Of a DNA stretch of 32,000 bases, positions 31,081 to 32,000 are shown one piece after another. Source of the DNA: Pyrolobus fumarii 1A (lineage in GTDB: Archaea > Thermoproteota > Thermoprotei_A > Sulfolobales > Pyrodictiaceae); NCBI RefSeq assembly GCF_000223395.1, contig NC_015931.1, positions 510,001 to 542,000 on the forward strand, written 5' to 3'. Positions within the stretch are counted from its first letter, which is position 1, and each line of letters begins with the position of its first letter. Under the pieces are notes generated by a model. The model saw only the letters and a program-made list of their open reading frames with translations, did not search any database and was not told the origin of the DNA. Made by a program: the position numbers and the translations under genes.

Positions 31081-31734
31081 CTACCCGTATCGTGTTACGG
31101 GTCTTAGTATGGGTATTGTAATGCTCCGTATGAGGTTTGCTGGCAGGAGTGGCGCTAGAGGCTGGATGAGTGGTAAACGTGGCTTTTCTGTCCGCGTTGT
31201 TATCCACGCCTCGACCCTATCTATTAGGCGTTCGACGTTCGCTATCATCGCTTGGAGGGTTTCCGGCGGGTGGCCAGGATCGTAGTAGTTGTTGTGGAGG
31301 GCTTCTGCGACGCCAAACTCGCTCCGTATGTCGAGGCCTTCGCGGTATAACTCAGCTACTATGATGCGTAGCGCTTGATGACTTTTGGCCTCGATCCCCC
31401 AGGCGGCAATAGCCGCCGCGTTTATTGCGTCGATGGTAGCCCTCCATGCTTCCTCCCCGGCCTCATCGCCGAGTCCCTCGGCTAGAAGCCTCCAGGCTTT
31501 GGCCAGCCGGGCTCTTGCTCGTGCCAACCTTGTGCCCCAGCCACTGCTCGCCGCATCCACATCCCTGCGTCCACGGAGCCTAGGCGGTAGTGCGGTGGTT
31601 GAGATTTTTACGAGCATCTCTACGGATGGTAGAAGTAGTCTTACATACGCGCTTACACTGCTAACGGAGGAGCGTAGAAGGGCATCCGTAAAGAGACTAT
31701 AGTCGCCCTTCGGCCTCTCGCGCATAGCGTGCAC
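31081..31734 (-). CDS. PaREP1-like (HEPN-like) helical protein
   Basis: GEEAWRATIDAINAAAIAAWGIEAKSHQALRIIVAELYREG.....AEALHNNYYDPGHPP parallels the PaREP1 core seen at 2120-2340 and 5690-5930. The start is GTG 31734 or ATG 31725, with the TATA-like cctataca about 25 nt upstream. A hairpin acccgta-N6-tacgggt sits at its 3' end (31083-31102). Confidence 0.55.
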   Translation of the reverse strand: MHAMRERPKGDYSLFTDALLRSSVSSVSAYVRLLLPSVEMLVKISTTALPPRLRGRRDVDAASSGWGTRLARARARLAKAWRLLAEGLGDEAGEEAWRATIDAINAAAIAAWGIEAKSHQALRIIVAELYREGLDIRSEFGVAEALHNNYYDPGHPPETLQAMIANVERLIDRVEAWITTRTEKPRLPLIQPLAPLLPANLIRSITIPILRPVTRYG

Positions 31735-31802
31735 CCTCGTGTATAGGGGAGCCGCCCAGATACACCACGGTGTCTAGGCATCCGGTTAAAGACTTGAACA
31801 GG

Positions 31803-31808
31803 TATAAA
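31803..31808 (+). promoter_or_regulatory. TATA box (tataaa) for the window-edge gene
   Basis: ggtataaagc lies 34-39 nt upstream of the ATG at 31842. Confidence 0.4.
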
Positions 31809-31841
31809 GCGCTGTAAAACTCTGCCCGTTCGTGGATAGCG

Positions 31842-32000
31842 ATGACGGGTTACCAGATACGCGTGGAGGATATTGTAAGTGCGCTACGCGCCCATATAGA
31901 GGTTTTAGAGAGGATAGTCGAGCTTCAGATAGAGTTCCTCGAGAAACACGGTGACGTTATAACCATACTCTCCAACGTTAGAAACCTCGAGAAGTACGTC
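31842..32000 (+). CDS. hypothetical protein, 5' fragment (runs off the window)
   Basis: An ATG at 31842 opens a frame that stays open to the window end (MTGYQIRVEDIVSALRAHIEVLERIVELQIEFLEKHGDVITILSNVRNLEKYV). It is helical and protein-like and has a good TATA box. It is absent from the ORF track because it is truncated. Confidence 0.4.
   Translation, partial: MTGYQIRVEDIVSALRAHIEVLERIVELQIEFLEKHGDVITILSNVRNLEKYV

Noticed and set aside
30889-31107. 72-aa plus-strand ORF in the gene-free stretch
   Set aside because: It has no promoter or SD context and an odd composition. Its 3' end overlaps the convergent PaREP1-like gene and its terminal hairpin. I treat it as non-coding unless homologues exist.

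Overview
The window reads as chromosomal DNA from a hyperthermophilic crenarchaeon, probably Desulfurococcales/Pyrodictiaceae-like. This is inferred from gene content (PaREP1-family genes, several VapBC pairs, Trm1, a class II RNR), frequent GTG/TTG starts, 4-nt start/stop overlaps, TATA-like boxes 25-45 nt upstream of starts, and oligo-T tracts after genes. I support about 35 protein genes and see no rRNA, tRNA or CRISPR array.

Gene order, left to right:
- ABC-2 exporter operon (ATPase + permease)
- frameshifted PaREP1 gene
- vapBC pair 1
- Ntn-type (class II) glutamine amidotransferase, then a PurM/HypE-fold 'AIR synthase-related' protein
- PaREP1-like protein
- Trm1 tRNA methyltransferase
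- wHTH/Cys-rich regulator
- DHH/DHHA1 phosphoesterase, translationally coupled to a secreted, C-terminally anchored protein
- M29 aminopeptidase
- TmcA/Nat10-like ATPase that stops exactly where the acetyltransferase domain should begin
- vapBC pair 2, a CBS protein, vapBC pair 3, DUF167
- a long co-directional block: UppP, two unknown proteins, a small HExxH membrane protein, a radical SAM/SPASM enzyme, a MOP-type flippase, a GT-B glycosyltransferase and a solo Cas4-like nuclease
- class II (B12-type) ribonucleotide reductase
- HEPN/MNT pair
- a lower-GC two-gene cassette: a 226-aa and a 933-aa protein that share an 'LRSQ + hydrophobic helix' prepilin-like (class III) signal and carry many N-glycosylation sequons
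- a 520-bp non-coding stretch with GC-rich hairpins
- a third PaREP1-like gene and a truncated ORF at the window edge

The best candidates for something undescribed are:
1. the orphan pilin-like pair, including the giant 933-aa protein
2. the GNAT-less TmcA-like ATPase
3. the unknown/HExxH/radical-SAM-SPASM sub-cluster inside a glycan-assembly block
4. the Ntn-amidotransferase + PurM-fold neighbour pair
5. two structured GC-rich non-coding elements

All functional calls rest on motifs I read by eye in the supplied translations. No database search was run.
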